Below are positions 20,366 to 30,334 of a stretch of DNA of 32,000 nucleotides, piece by piece. The notes beneath the pieces are model-generated. The model made no database searches. It was given only the letters and a program-made list of their open reading frames with translations, and was not told where the DNA came from. Source of the stretch: Pseudidiomarina andamanensis (GTDB taxonomy: Bacteria > Pseudomonadota > Gammaproteobacteria > Enterobacterales > Alteromonadaceae); contig NZ_CP032551.1 in the NCBI RefSeq assembly GCF_009734345.1, forward strand, positions 2,250,001 to 2,282,000, read 5' to 3'. How positions within the stretch are numbered: the first letter of the stretch is position 1; the number at the start of each line of letters is the position of its first letter. The position numbers were made by a program, and so were the translations under genes.

Positions 20366-20734
20366 ATGCAAACATTATTGAAACTGATGATTATTGTAAG
20401 CCTATTGCTAGCGCCGTTCGCGGGGCAAGCAGGTGATGCTATGCCAATGTCACCAGCTCAATCAATGCATCAAATGTCTGATCATGATATGACTGACATG
20501 CACGGCAATCATGATTGTTGTGATACCGAACAGGCCCAAGTGACAGTAAGTGCACACTTGGAGTGTGATAATAGCTGTGGCGATTGCCAACATCATTGTA
20601 GTTCTTCAGCCAGTGGCCTGATTGCGGCTGTTCAGCTTGAACCCAATCTGACTATCTACGAGCAATGGCCACGCCTGCAAGCTGTGCCGTTGTCACGTCA
20701 AGAAGGCCAATTGCGCCCCCCAATGTCTGCCTAA
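20366..20734 (+). CDS. Small secreted Cys/His/Met-rich protein, CopL-like putative metal-binding protein
   Basis: Signal peptide MQTLLKLMIIVSLLLAPFAGQAG. Met/His tract MPMSPAQSMHQMSDHDMTDMHGNHD and Cys cluster CCD...C..C..C.HHC. The C-terminal LRPP motif resembles Xanthomonas CopL-type proteins as I recall them. It lies directly upstream of cusBA. Confidence 0.55.
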   Translation: MQTLLKLMIIVSLLLAPFAGQAGDAMPMSPAQSMHQMSDHDMTDMHGNHDCCDTEQAQVTVSAHLECDNSCGDCQHHCSSSASGLIAAVQLEPNLTIYEQWPRLQAVPLSRQEGQLRPPMSA

Positions 20735-20800
20735 TTAAAACTGGTTTCACGCAAGCAGCTTTGTTTGTGCGTTTTAATTATTATTTTGGCAGGTTATCTC

Positions 20801-22030
20801 ATGACAATTTTACGTTTACTAACCGCAGTACTGTGCTTCGCTTTGGTTGTGCCGCAAGGGCATGCGCAAGAGTTTGAGCTCAAACATGACCATAGCGAAC
20901 AGACCGAAAAATCGAAACAAGCCACTGAATATGTATGCCCAATGCATAGCCATATTGTGAGTGACGAGCCAGGCACATGCCCAATTTGTGGTATGGATCT
21001 TGAACCGCGTCAACGTCAAGAAGAGAAGTCGGTACAAGTTAGCGGCAGCATGCAGCAAAACCTCGCCATTCGCACCACCACCGTGCAATACGATACGCTC
21101 TGGCGCTATTACCCAACCATTGCGCAAGTGGCTTGGAACGACAATGCGCGCCACCATGTGCACGCCCGAGCGTCCGGCTGGGTTGAAAAGCTTTATGTAC
21201 GCAGCGAAGGCACACACGTACAACAAGGTGACCGCTTGTATGACATTTACAGTCGTGAGTTAGTGGTCGCGCAACAAGACTTATTACAAGTACTCAGCAA
21301 CGGCGCAGTGAATGGCCGATTATTGCGTGATGCGAAGCTACGCCTTGAGCTACTTGGCTTTGCCCCGCAGCTCATTAAGGAAATTGAGAAAACCCGTGAA
21401 ATCATGTACCGCGTGCCGGTTTTTGCACCGCAAGCTGGGGTGGTGACCGAACTGAATGTGGCCGAAGGCATGTATGTTGAGCCGGGCTTGGCTATGTTCA
21501 CGTTAACCGGCGACGAGAGTTTTTGGTTAATCGCCGATGTACCCGAGCGTTATAGTGATTGGCTGAGCGTTGGTGCCCCAGTTGATGTGACCTTGCCGCA
21601 AGCAAACTTAAACGCTTATGAAACCGAGATTGAGTACATTTATCCGTCACTCGATACACAAGCGCGCACACAACGCGTGCGAATTAAATTACCAAACAGC
21701 CAAGTCGGCAGTAATTTGTTGGTCGGAATGCAGGCTCAAGTTGAACTCTATGGCGGACCGAAGCGCGAAGCATTAACTGTTCCGCTTAGTAGCTTAATTG
21801 TGACCGGCGCCAATAATCGTGTCATGGTGAAAACCCACGACAATACCTTTGAGCAACGCGACGTTCATGTCGGTCTGGTGATTGGCGAGCAAGCAGAGAT
21901 ATTGCACGGTCTTGAAGAAGGCGAACAAGTGGTTGTGTCAGGGCAATTCTTGCTCGACTCTGAAGCGACCTTGTTAAATAGCCGTGCAACGGGTGAACAG
22001 GAGGCGACTGATGCTCACGCAAATCATTAA
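20801..22030 (+). CDS. cusB: Cu(I)/Ag(I) efflux RND periplasmic adaptor CusB, with an N-terminal heavy-metal-binding domain
   Basis: The start at MTILRLL gives a signal peptide. [24 protein letters not shown] is a metal-binding motif. The rest is an MFP barrel-sandwich-like sequence, and the gene sits immediately upstream of cusA. Confidence 0.9.
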   Translation: MTILRLLTAVLCFALVVPQGHAQEFELKHDHSEQTEKSKQATEYVCPMHSHIVSDEPGTCPICGMDLEPRQRQEEKSVQVSGSMQQNLAIRTTTVQYDTLWRYYPTIAQVAWNDNARHHVHARASGWVEKLYVRSEGTHVQQGDRLYDIYSRELVVAQQDLLQVLSNGAVNGRLLRDAKLRLELLGFAPQLIKEIEKTREIMYRVPVFAPQAGVVTELNVAEGMYVEPGLAMFTLTGDESFWLIADVPERYSDWLSVGAPVDVTLPQANLNAYETEIEYIYPSLDTQARTQRVRIKLPNSQVGSNLLVGMQAQVELYGGPKREALTVPLSSLIVTGANNRVMVKTHDNTFEQRDVHVGLVIGEQAEILHGLEEGEQVVVSGQFLLDSEATLLNSRATGEQEATDAHANH

Positions 22031-25000
22031 TGCCTCACTGCGCAACCGCATGCTGGTATTGATTGCGGCGTTTCTTGCGGCATGGTTTGGTTGGCGCGCT
22101 ATGACCACCACGCCACTGGATGCTATTCCTGATCTTTCTGATGTACAGGTGATTGTTAAAACGAGTTATCCAGGACAAGCCCCTCAATTGGTAGAAGAAC
22201 AGGTAACTTGGCCGCTTGCGAATGTGATGCTGGCGGTTCCGGGCGCCTCAGAGGTGCGTGGTTACTCGTTTTTTGGCGATTCCTACTTATATATTCTGTT
22301 TGAAGACGGTACCGATATTTACTGGGCGCGCAGTCGTGTGCTTGAGTATTTAAGTCAAGCGCAACAACAACTTCCAACGGGAGTGACCCCGGAGTTAGGG
22401 CCCGATGCTAGTGGTGTAGGCTGGGTGTTCCAATATGTACTGACTGATCGCACTGGTAAACATGATCTTGGCCAACTGACCAGCTTACAAAACTGGTTTT
22501 TGAAACAAGAACTACAGAGCGTCAGCGGTGTATCTGAAATCGCAACGGTAGGCGGTATGGTACAGGCCTATCAAGTGGTGATTGAACCGCAACGCCTGCA
22601 GTCTTACGGGTTAACCATTACCGATATCCGCCAAGCAATACAAACCGCCAATCAAGAGGTGGGTGGCGGCATTGTGGAAATGGCTGAAGCTGAGTTTATG
22701 GTGCGCGGCACCGGATACATTCAGTCGCTAGACGATTTGCGTCAGTTGCCGTTGAACGTGCGTAGCGCTGCCGGCAGTGCAATTACTCTTGATGACGTGG
22801 CGACTGTGCGTCGCGGACCTTTGAGTCGTCGTGGCATTGCAGAATTGAACGGTGAAGGTGAAGTGGTTGGCGGTATTGTCGTGATGCGCCATGGCGAAAA
22901 TGCGCTAGCCACCATTGAACGTGTACGCGATAAGCTCAAAACGTTGCAACAAGGGCTGCCAGAAGGCGTCGAAATCACACCAGTGTACGACCGTTCGCAA
23001 CTGATCGAACGAGCAGTAGATAACTTAACCAATAAGCTCATTGAAGAAATGGCATTTGTGGCGCTTGTCACGGTGTTGTTTTTACTTCACATGCGCTCGG
23101 CATTGGTTGCCATTATTACGTTGCCGTTGGCCGTACTCATCAGCTTTATTGTCATGCGATGGTTAGGTATCAATGCCAACATTATGAGCTTGGGCGGTAT
23201 TGCTATCGCTATTGGTGCGCTTGTTGATGCAGCGATTGTGATGGTAGAAAACGCGCATAAACATCTCGAGCGTTATCGCGAGCAGCACGGTGACGAACCG
23301 CGAGGCGCTGAGCACTGGCAAGTCATGGCAAAGGCCACCGCAGAAGTAGGCCCTGCGCTATTCTTGTCGTTGCTGATTATCACCTTGAGTTTCGTGCCAG
23401 TATTTGCTCTAGAGCAGCAAGAAGGGCGTCTGTTTGCGCCACTTGCCTATACCAAAACCTTTGCCATGGCTGCTGCTGCATTACTGTCAATTACACTCGT
23501 GCCAGTGCTCATGGGCTACTTCGTTCGCGGTAAAATTATCAGTGAACAGCGCAACCCAATCACGCGTCTGTTGGTTGCTGTGTATCGTCCATTACTGAAC
23601 GTGGTATTGAACTGGCCGCGGTTTACTATTGTCATTGCAATACTGGCGGCGGTAAGTGCTTACTATCCGTACAGTAAGCTTGGCAGCGAGTTTATGCCAA
23701 CGATGCAAGAAGGCGATTTACTGTACATGCCGACAACGATGCCGGGCATTAGCCCCGCGGCGGTCGGCAAATTACTGCAACAAACCGATCGACTCATTAA
23801 GCAAGTACCTGAAGTCGATACCGTGTTTGGTAAAACAGGTCGTGCAGAAACGGCAACCGATCCAGCGCCGTTAACCATGTTGGAAACCACTATTCAGTTA
23901 AAGCCGCAAAGTGAATGGCGCGAAGGTATCACCATTCACGACATCATCGCCGAGCTTGATGCAACCGTGCGCGTGCCAGGCATTACCAATGCGTGGGTAC
24001 AACCGATCAAGACACGTATTGATATGCTCTCAACAGGGTTGAAAACGCCTCTGGGGTTAAAAATTGCGGGACCTGAATTAAGCGAAATTCAGCGTATTGG
24101 CGCTGATCTTGAACAACGTCTGCAAAACGTTAAGGGAATCAAATCTGTTTTTGCTGAACGCCCAGCGAGTGGTCGTTATATCGAAATTCGTCCTGATCTT
24201 ACCAAAGCGGCGCGTTACGGATTGAGTCAAGCGGATATTCAAACCGCCATTCAATTTGGTATCGGTGGTGCGACAATTGCAGAAACCGTTGAAGGGACTG
24301 AACGCTACCCAATCACGTTACGTTATCCACGTGCTGAGCGCGACCATGTTGAACGCTTGAAAACGCTACCATTGGTTAGTCAAGATGGCGCTTGGGTCAC
24401 GCTTGAGCAGGTTGCGAGTGTGGAAGTGACCGAAGGGCCGGCGATGATCCGTAGTGAAAATGCGCGTCCTACTGGTTGGATTTTCGTCGATGTTGCCGAT
24501 GATGTTGCCGTTAGTGATGTCTTAGCAGCGGCTCAACCTGTGGTGAGTGAGTACCAACTGCCACCGCGTTATAGCGTGAGTTGGTCGGGGCAGTATGAAT
24601 CGATTGAACGTGTACAAGCCAAACTCAAAGAAGTCGTACCGGTGACCCTCGCGGTTATTTTGATTTTGCTGTATCTGACATTCCGCTCATTTAAACAAGC
24701 GGTGTTGATTATGGCAACGTTACCACTCGCACTGGCTGGTAGCCTCTGGTTTATCTGGCTGCTTGGTTACAACCTATCGATTGCCGTCGTCGTCGGTATG
24801 ATTGCGTTGGCAGGCGTTGCCGCCGAGTTCGGCGTGGTGATGCTGTTGTATCTGAACAATGCATGGCGCGATAGTCAATCACGTTCTGAGCAAGGTTTGC
24901 ATGATGCGATTATGGAAGGTGCGGTACAACGAGTGCGCCCGAAGGCCATGACAGTGATCACCATCATTGCCGGGTTGCTACCAATCATGTTAACCCATGG

Positions 25001-25142
25001 TACCGGTAGCGAAGTGATGCAGCGCATTGCCGCACCAATGATCGGCGGCATGGTCGCCGCACCATTATTAAGCCTATTCGTGCTACCAGCTGTCTATTGG
25101 CTCTACCACCGTTACAAACTTCGAATAACCAATAACGTTTAA
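22011..25142 (+). CDS. cusA: Cu(I)/Ag(I) efflux RND transporter CusA
   Basis: ATG at 22011 with an AGGAGG Shine-Dalgarno 6 nt upstream. [33 protein letters not shown]...[27 protein letters not shown] closely parallels E. coli CusA. It overlaps the cusB end by 20 nt. Confidence 0.95.
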   Translation: MLTQIINASLRNRMLVLIAAFLAAWFGWRAMTTTPLDAIPDLSDVQVIVKTSYPGQAPQLVEEQVTWPLANVMLAVPGASEVRGYSFFGDSYLYILFEDGTDIYWARSRVLEYLSQAQQQLPTGVTPELGPDASGVGWVFQYVLTDRTGKHDLGQLTSLQNWFLKQELQSVSGVSEIATVGGMVQAYQVVIEPQRLQSYGLTITDIRQAIQTANQEVGGGIVEMAEAEFMVRGTGYIQSLDDLRQLPLNVRSAAGSAITLDDVATVRRGPLSRRGIAELNGEGEVVGGIVVMRHGENALATIERVRDKLKTLQQGLPEGVEITPVYDRSQLIERAVDNLTNKLIEEMAFVALVTVLFLLHMRSALVAIITLPLAVLISFIVMRWLGINANIMSLGGIAIAIGALVDAAIVMVENAHKHLERYREQHGDEPRGAEHWQVMAKATAEVGPALFLSLLIITLSFVPVFALEQQEGRLFAPLAYTKTFAMAAAALLSITLVPVLMGYFVRGKIISEQRNPITRLLVAVYRPLLNVVLNWPRFTIVIAILAAVSAYYPYSKLGSEFMPTMQEGDLLYMPTTMPGISPAAVGKLLQQTDRLIKQVPEVDTVFGKTGRAETATDPAPLTMLETTIQLKPQSEWREGITIHDIIAELDATVRVPGITNAWVQPIKTRIDMLSTGLKTPLGLKIAGPELSEIQRIGADLEQRLQNVKGIKSVFAERPASGRYIEIRPDLTKAARYGLSQADIQTAIQFGIGGATIAETVEGTERYPITLRYPRAERDHVERLKTLPLVSQDGAWVTLEQVASVEVTEGPAMIRSENARPTGWIFVDVADDVAVSDVLAAAQPVVSEYQLPPRYSVSWSGQYESIERVQAKLKEVVPVTLAVILILLYLTFRSFKQAVLIMATLPLALAGSLWFIWLLGYNLSIAVVVGMIALAGVAAEFGVVMLLYLNNAWRDSQSRSEQGLHDAIMEGAVQRVRPKAMTVITIIAGLLPIMLTHGTGSEVMQRIAAPMIGGMVAAPLLSLFVLPAVYWLYHRYKLRITNNV

Positions 25143-25891
25143 AGCAGCACTTGCCACCCTTGCGGTGGCTGAACCTCTCGAAGTTGTTTATGTACAGCAT
25201 CAGCCACATCGGGCTTCAAGTGATTAATCCAAACTCGGCGGGGCTGCTTATGCAGCCCTTCCAATAACTGCAAGCATAACTGCGGTGTAAGATGACAAGA
25301 CTGGTGGGCAATCGCTTCGAGCTCATTCGGAAATGAACATTCGAAAATGATGTCATCGAGCGAGCCTAGGGCGTTGATATTCTCAATCACGCTCTCGGCA
25401 TACCCCGTATCGGCCACAAACGCTGTGGTTTGGTTGTCTTTGCGAATAGCAAAACCGAACGTGGGTACGGTGTGATAGGTTCGAAATGGCTCGATGCACA
25501 CATCATCAATCCAAATTTGTTCACCGGCATTGATTTCTTGTAGACGCAACAGCGGTTTTTCTTTTGACGGCAACTCGCGCATATCCGGCCAAATCACCCA
25601 ATTAAAAACATGTTCGCGAATGGCTTCTAAGGTGTCCTGCGAGCCATAAACAGTAACCGGCGTACCAGCATCGGCAACATTAAATAGATTACCCAGCAAC
25701 ATCGGTAAACAGCAGATATGATCGCTGTGGCTATGGCTTAGAAAAATATGGCGCACCTGCTGCATTTGTTTCAGCAACAGTTGCGTGACGCCTGTACCGG
25801 CATCAATCAAGATCGATTCATTCACTTGCAAGCAAGTGCTGCCAGTGAGACCACCTAAGCCACCACTGGCACCTAACGCATGAATGTTCAT
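25139..25891 (-). CDS. MBL-fold hydrolase resembling class II 3',5'-cyclic-nucleotide phosphodiesterases; no signal peptide
   Basis: LGASGG...ILIDAGTGV...HIFLSHSHSDHI (HxHxDH) and IWPD...LP resemble COG5212/PDEase_II proteins as I recall them. The start ATG overlaps the RND stop (ATGA). Confidence 0.6.
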   Translation of the reverse strand: MNIHALGASGGLGGLTGSTCLQVNESILIDAGTGVTQLLLKQMQQVRHIFLSHSHSDHICCLPMLLGNLFNVADAGTPVTVYGSQDTLEAIREHVFNWVIWPDMRELPSKEKPLLRLQEINAGEQIWIDDVCIEPFRTYHTVPTFGFAIRKDNQTTAFVADTGYAESVIENINALGSLDDIIFECSFPNELEAIAHQSCHLTPQLCLQLLEGLHKQPRRVWINHLKPDVADAVHKQLREVQPPQGWQVLL

Positions 25892-28800
25892 TTAACGCGC
25901 ATCACCAAAGCATACATGACAGGAACCACCACCAAGGTTAACAGGGTGGCGAAGCCGAGGCCGAACATGATAACCACTGCCATGCTGACAAAAAAGTCGT
26001 CAAACAACAATGGGATCATACCAACAATCGTGGTTGCTGCCGTCATCGTAACTGGCCGCACGCGGCTGACTGAGGCATCGACCAAAGCCTGCAACGCCTC
26101 TTTGCCGGAGTGCAATTCCACGCGAACTTGCTCGAGTAACACCACGCCGTTCTTAATCAACATGCCAGATAGACTCAAGAAGCCGAGTAATGCCATAAAC
26201 CCAAACGGCTGATTCGTCAGTACAAGGCCTAAGGTGACGCCAATCACACTTAAAGGTACGGTAGTCCATAATACACCGGCCTGGCGAATCGAACTAAACA
26301 GCAGCACCGTGATGATAAACATCACTAAAAACGCCAGTGGCAGTGCTTGGAAGATAGCGCCGGTTGCTTTATTGGAGGCTTCAAACTCGCCGCCCCACGT
26401 CAGTTCATATCCGGCCGGTAATTCAATGGCTTCAATAGCCGGTCGAACACGTGCAAGCACCATAGCTGGAGTTTCTTCACCAAAAATATCATGATCAGCC
26501 ATCACCGTAATAGTGCGTTTGCGGTCGCGGCGTATAATCAAATTATCCTCTGCCAATAACGTCACGTCACGTACCACCTGACCTAATGGCACGTGCTGCT
26601 GTAACGCTGAGCTATACACTTGCAGTTCTTGCCAGTTATCGATATCGCTGCGCTCGTTGGCTGGCGCCCGCACAACAATCGGTAACAACTCCGTACCGTC
26701 GCGATAAACTCCAACAGTTTGCCCTGTGAAGTTACGTTTCAGTACATCGTCGACATCTGATTTGGTGATGCCAAGCCGGCGTGCTGCCGCTTCATTAAAA
26801 TCGGTTTCTAAAACTTTAGTACGCTGACGCCAGTTATCGCGCAAATTGCGAACGCCCGAGTCGTGCGCCAATACGTCTCGCGCTTGCGCGGCAAGTTGAC
26901 GTAACACAACGGGGTCTGGACCACTGAAACGCGCCTCAATCTTAGCGGTCTGCGTAGGGCCCATTTCGAGCGGCTTCATTTTGTACTCAACATCCGGCTG
27001 CTCAGCGCGCAAATAATCTTCGAAATCGAGCAGAATCTGCTCCAGTTGTTCTGTGTTTTGTGCCCGCAGAATCAGTTGGGCATAACTCTCATAGGATTTT
27101 TCCACCATATACGTGAGCGTAAAACGGGGGGCTCCCTGACCAATCGTTGCTGCCGAGAATACCAATCCTTCGTTGTCAGCTTTTTCATTTAGGTAGTGCT
27201 CAAGCTGTTTGACTTGCTGGGCTGTGGCACGAATGTCGGTGCCTTGCGGATACCACAAATCAATAAACGCCATGGGTGTCGTGCTTGGTGGAAAGAACGA
27301 TTGTTTAATGGTGGTGAAGCCATACCCAGCCACAACCAACAACAGCAACATCACCGCAATCGTGGTTTTGCGCCACGCTAAAAAACGGTGCAGCATCACA
27401 CGATAACCGCGAAACACCCAGTGGTTATAAACATGATCGTCGTCTTCTGGCTGTTCGCGAGCCGAGCGGGCGCGAGCGTCTTTGCGGAAAAGAATATTCC
27501 CTAAGAACGGCGTCAACGTAATCGCGGTAAACCAACTCAGCAGCAGTGAAATAAACAACACCCAAAACAGCGAGTTCGCGTATTCACCGCTGGCATCGCG
27601 AGACAGCCCAATTGGTGCGAACGCGATCACGGCAATAGCTGTGGCGCCAAGTAGCGGCCAGATATTCTGCTGCACAACATCACTAGCTGCTTGAATACGT
27701 GATAATCCACGGCGAACGCCAACCAGCATGCCTTCGGCAATCACAATCGCGTTGTCAACCAACATACCCAATGCAATGATCAACGCCCCGAGTGACACCC
27801 GCTGCAACTGAATATCCATTAAATACATAAAGATAAAGCTACCCAGTACCGTAATCAGCAGCACACCGCCAATGAGAACACCTGAGCGCAGGCCCATCGT
27901 TAGAAGTAGCGCAATAACCACAATCACAACTGCTTCAGCAAGATTGATGAGGAAATTATTGACCGAGTTATCAACTTCCGACGGTTGGTCATAAATTTTA
28001 TCAACCTGCATGCCCACCGGCTGTGCAAAGCGAAGCTCTTCAAGCTTCGCCATAACCCTCGCACCAACTTCAACCACGTTCACATCTTCAGCAAAAGACA
28101 ACGCCAGCCACAGCGAATCACGTCCGTTGTAACGCACTAAATGGGTTGGAATTTCTTGGTATTCGCGCGTTACCGTTGCCACGTCACGTAACAAGATACG
28201 CTCGTCGGCACCAGGGTTACTAATCATCAAATTCGCAAGTTCATCCACGCTGTCAAATTCGCCGCTGGTTTGTAGACGAATTCGCTCTTTGCCAACTTGC
28301 ACTCTGCCGGCGTCACTGACAGCATTTTGTGTCTGGAGTAGATTCACCAATTGTTGCGGGGGAATGCCGAAATTTGCGAGCTTTTCGCGCGAAACTTCAA
28401 CAATCACCTGCTCATTCTGCTTGCCGGAAACCATGACTTTGCCAACACCTTTCACCAGCACGAGTTCACGGCGCAAATAATCGGTGTAGTCAGCAATATC
28501 TTGATAACTATAACCGTCACCGCTAATCGCAAAGGTCATACCGTACACATCGGCAAAATCATCTTTCACCATCGGCTCGCCACTACCTGGCGGTAAGGTT
28601 TTGCGCGCATCATTCACCTTTCGGCGCAATTCATCCCATACCTGCGGCATTTGATGTTTGCGCAAGGTACTGTGCATCTCAATCATGATTTGGCTTAAGC
28701 CCGGCTGCGACACCGAGGTAACATGATCGACATAACTCAACTCTTGAATGGCATTTTCAAGCCGATAAGTGACTTCTTCTTCAACTTGTTGTGCAGTGGC

Positions 28801-28962
28801 GCCGTGGTACTGCGTAATCACCATCGCTTGTTTTAGCGTAAATTCAGGATCTTCTAATCGCCCAATATTTTGCAGAGCAACCAAACCACCTAAAAACAGA
28901 ATTAGCAACAGCATCCAACTGGTGGTGCTGCGCTTCATACTGAAGCGAGCAATATTTATCAC
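25888..28962 (-). CDS. HAE1-type RND efflux permease
   Basis: About 1024 aa with 12-TM RND architecture. The N-terminus (V)INIARFSMKRSTTSWMLLLILFLGG...IGRLEDPEFT is typical. The GTG start at 28962 was chosen because it overlaps the MFP stop (GTGA) behind an AAGGAG Shine-Dalgarno. The ATG at 28938 is an alternative. Confidence 0.9.
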   Translation of the reverse strand: MINIARFSMKRSTTSWMLLLILFLGGLVALQNIGRLEDPEFTLKQAMVITQYHGATAQQVEEEVTYRLENAIQELSYVDHVTSVSQPGLSQIMIEMHSTLRKHQMPQVWDELRRKVNDARKTLPPGSGEPMVKDDFADVYGMTFAISGDGYSYQDIADYTDYLRRELVLVKGVGKVMVSGKQNEQVIVEVSREKLANFGIPPQQLVNLLQTQNAVSDAGRVQVGKERIRLQTSGEFDSVDELANLMISNPGADERILLRDVATVTREYQEIPTHLVRYNGRDSLWLALSFAEDVNVVEVGARVMAKLEELRFAQPVGMQVDKIYDQPSEVDNSVNNFLINLAEAVVIVVIALLLTMGLRSGVLIGGVLLITVLGSFIFMYLMDIQLQRVSLGALIIALGMLVDNAIVIAEGMLVGVRRGLSRIQAASDVVQQNIWPLLGATAIAVIAFAPIGLSRDASGEYANSLFWVLFISLLLSWFTAITLTPFLGNILFRKDARARSAREQPEDDDHVYNHWVFRGYRVMLHRFLAWRKTTIAVMLLLLVVAGYGFTTIKQSFFPPSTTPMAFIDLWYPQGTDIRATAQQVKQLEHYLNEKADNEGLVFSAATIGQGAPRFTLTYMVEKSYESYAQLILRAQNTEQLEQILLDFEDYLRAEQPDVEYKMKPLEMGPTQTAKIEARFSGPDPVVLRQLAAQARDVLAHDSGVRNLRDNWRQRTKVLETDFNEAAARRLGITKSDVDDVLKRNFTGQTVGVYRDGTELLPIVVRAPANERSDIDNWQELQVYSSALQQHVPLGQVVRDVTLLAEDNLIIRRDRKRTITVMADHDIFGEETPAMVLARVRPAIEAIELPAGYELTWGGEFEASNKATGAIFQALPLAFLVMFIITVLLFSSIRQAGVLWTTVPLSVIGVTLGLVLTNQPFGFMALLGFLSLSGMLIKNGVVLLEQVRVELHSGKEALQALVDASVSRVRPVTMTAATTIVGMIPLLFDDFFVSMAVVIMFGLGFATLLTLVVVPVMYALVMRVK

Positions 28963-30050
28963 AGACCACGCTCCTTCACCCAAGGACGCACGCGCTGCTT
29001 GTCAGAAATGGCATGCACACCAGCAATGACAATTTGCTCACCTGCCTCAAGCCCTTCAATGATTTCTGCGCCGCGATTGGTTAGCGCACGTACGGTCACT
29101 TCACGCTGATTCACACGTTGCGTTTTTGCGTCATAAACCCAAACAAAATGGCCGTGCTCAGGTGCCTTTGTGCTTGGTGAGAACAATGCCGAGGTAGGCA
29201 CGATCAATGCCGCATCGCGTTGCTGAGAGACAGCCTGCGCATCAACGGACACCATCGCCGACATACCTGGCAATACATTCAGATTTTCTGGTGTTGGTAG
29301 GGTAAACACGACCTTGTAGGTGTTAGTAGCAGGATCCGCTGTGGTATCCCACTCTTTTAACGTCGCCTTAAATTTAAGCTCGGGCGCCGCTGCAAAAATC
29401 ACATCCGGCTGGTAATTCGTGTTGCGTTGAACACGAGCGAACAAACCTTCAGGCACCCGAATACTGACATCAATTGCATTGTTCATTTGTAACGTGGCAA
29501 TTGCCCGTTGCGGTTGCACGGTTTCATAGCGTTCCACAAAAACATGTGCAATGGTGCCTGCAAAAGGCGCTCGTAACTCGGTATACCGCACATTGGCTCG
29601 CGCTGTTTCGAGGTTTGCCCTTGCTACCTCTAAATTCGATTTCACTTCATCAAACTGTTGCGGAGAAATAACGCCTTGTTCTACCAAATTTTCAGTACGA
29701 CGAAATTGTGCCTGCGCCAACTCAAACCGCGCCTGAGCTTGGTCTAACACCAGCTGATAATCGGTCGGGTCAAGTTTGGCAATCAATTCGCCTTGCTTCA
29801 CTTCGTTACCAGCCTTCACCGGAAATTCAGTAATTTCACCACCAACTCGAAATGCCAATTGCGCGACCTGCGCAGCCTCTACCACCGCCGGGAATTGCCG
29901 TAAACGCTGGTCATCAGAAAAATTCACCGTATGAAGTTTCACTGGCTGCACAATTTCCTCGCGCGCCGCTGTCTCGGCGACATCACCGCAGCCAACGAGG
30001 TTAGCGAGCAGGGCGGCCACGCCGGTGAGTAGTAAAGCCTGAATACGCAT
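28959..30050 (-). CDS. RND efflux periplasmic adaptor (MFP), lipoprotein
   Basis: Lipobox LANLVGC. HlyD/MFP-like coiled-coil and barrel regions. AAGGAG Shine-Dalgarno upstream. Confidence 0.9.
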   Translation of the reverse strand: MRIQALLLTGVAALLANLVGCGDVAETAAREEIVQPVKLHTVNFSDDQRLRQFPAVVEAAQVAQLAFRVGGEITEFPVKAGNEVKQGELIAKLDPTDYQLVLDQAQARFELAQAQFRRTENLVEQGVISPQQFDEVKSNLEVARANLETARANVRYTELRAPFAGTIAHVFVERYETVQPQRAIATLQMNNAIDVSIRVPEGLFARVQRNTNYQPDVIFAAAPELKFKATLKEWDTTADPATNTYKVVFTLPTPENLNVLPGMSAMVSVDAQAVSQQRDAALIVPTSALFSPSTKAPEHGHFVWVYDAKTQRVNQREVTVRALTNRGAEIIEGLEAGEQIVIAGVHAISDKQRVRPWVKERGL

Positions 30051-30068
30051 AAATTCTCCTTGATTAAA

Positions 30069-30240
30069 CGTTATTCGTTATTCGTTAATCGTTATTCGTT
30101 AATCGTTATTCGTTAGTTTGGCTCGCTCGATAAATTAAATACGAATTAGCTCACTTCTGTGTGTGCTATTTTTTGTGTTTCGTGTTTCGTGTTTCGTGTT
30201 TTTGCTTTTTCGAATAACGAATAACCAATAACGATTAACG
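30069..30240 (+). repeat. Heptad-arm inverted-repeat intergenic element, copy A (full length)
   Basis: Left arm has 6.5 tandem CGTTAWT heptads (30069-30115). The core carries TTTGGCTCGCTCGATA, a 30-nt block shared with copy C, and GTGTTTC x4 (30175-30202). The right arm of AWTAACG-type heptads (30211-30240) is the inverted complement of the left arm. Confidence 0.9.
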
Positions 30241-30334
30241 CATTGTAGCCTTTCTCATATTAATTTATATTGAATTAATCTTGACTACATATTCAGATAA
30301 ACTTAATAAGATAGTGCCTTATGGATTGTGCCTT

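Noticed and set aside
25880-26212. 110-aa plus-strand ORF and other ORFs antisense to the RND, cusA and pilB genes
   Set aside because: All lie fully inside long, motif-supported genes on the opposite strand and have no independent signals.
30069-30240. Heptad arrays as a CRISPR array or a tandem-repeat protein-coding region
   Set aside because: The units are 7 nt with no spacers, the arrays occur in inverted pairs, and no ORF spans them. They are not CRISPR and not coding.
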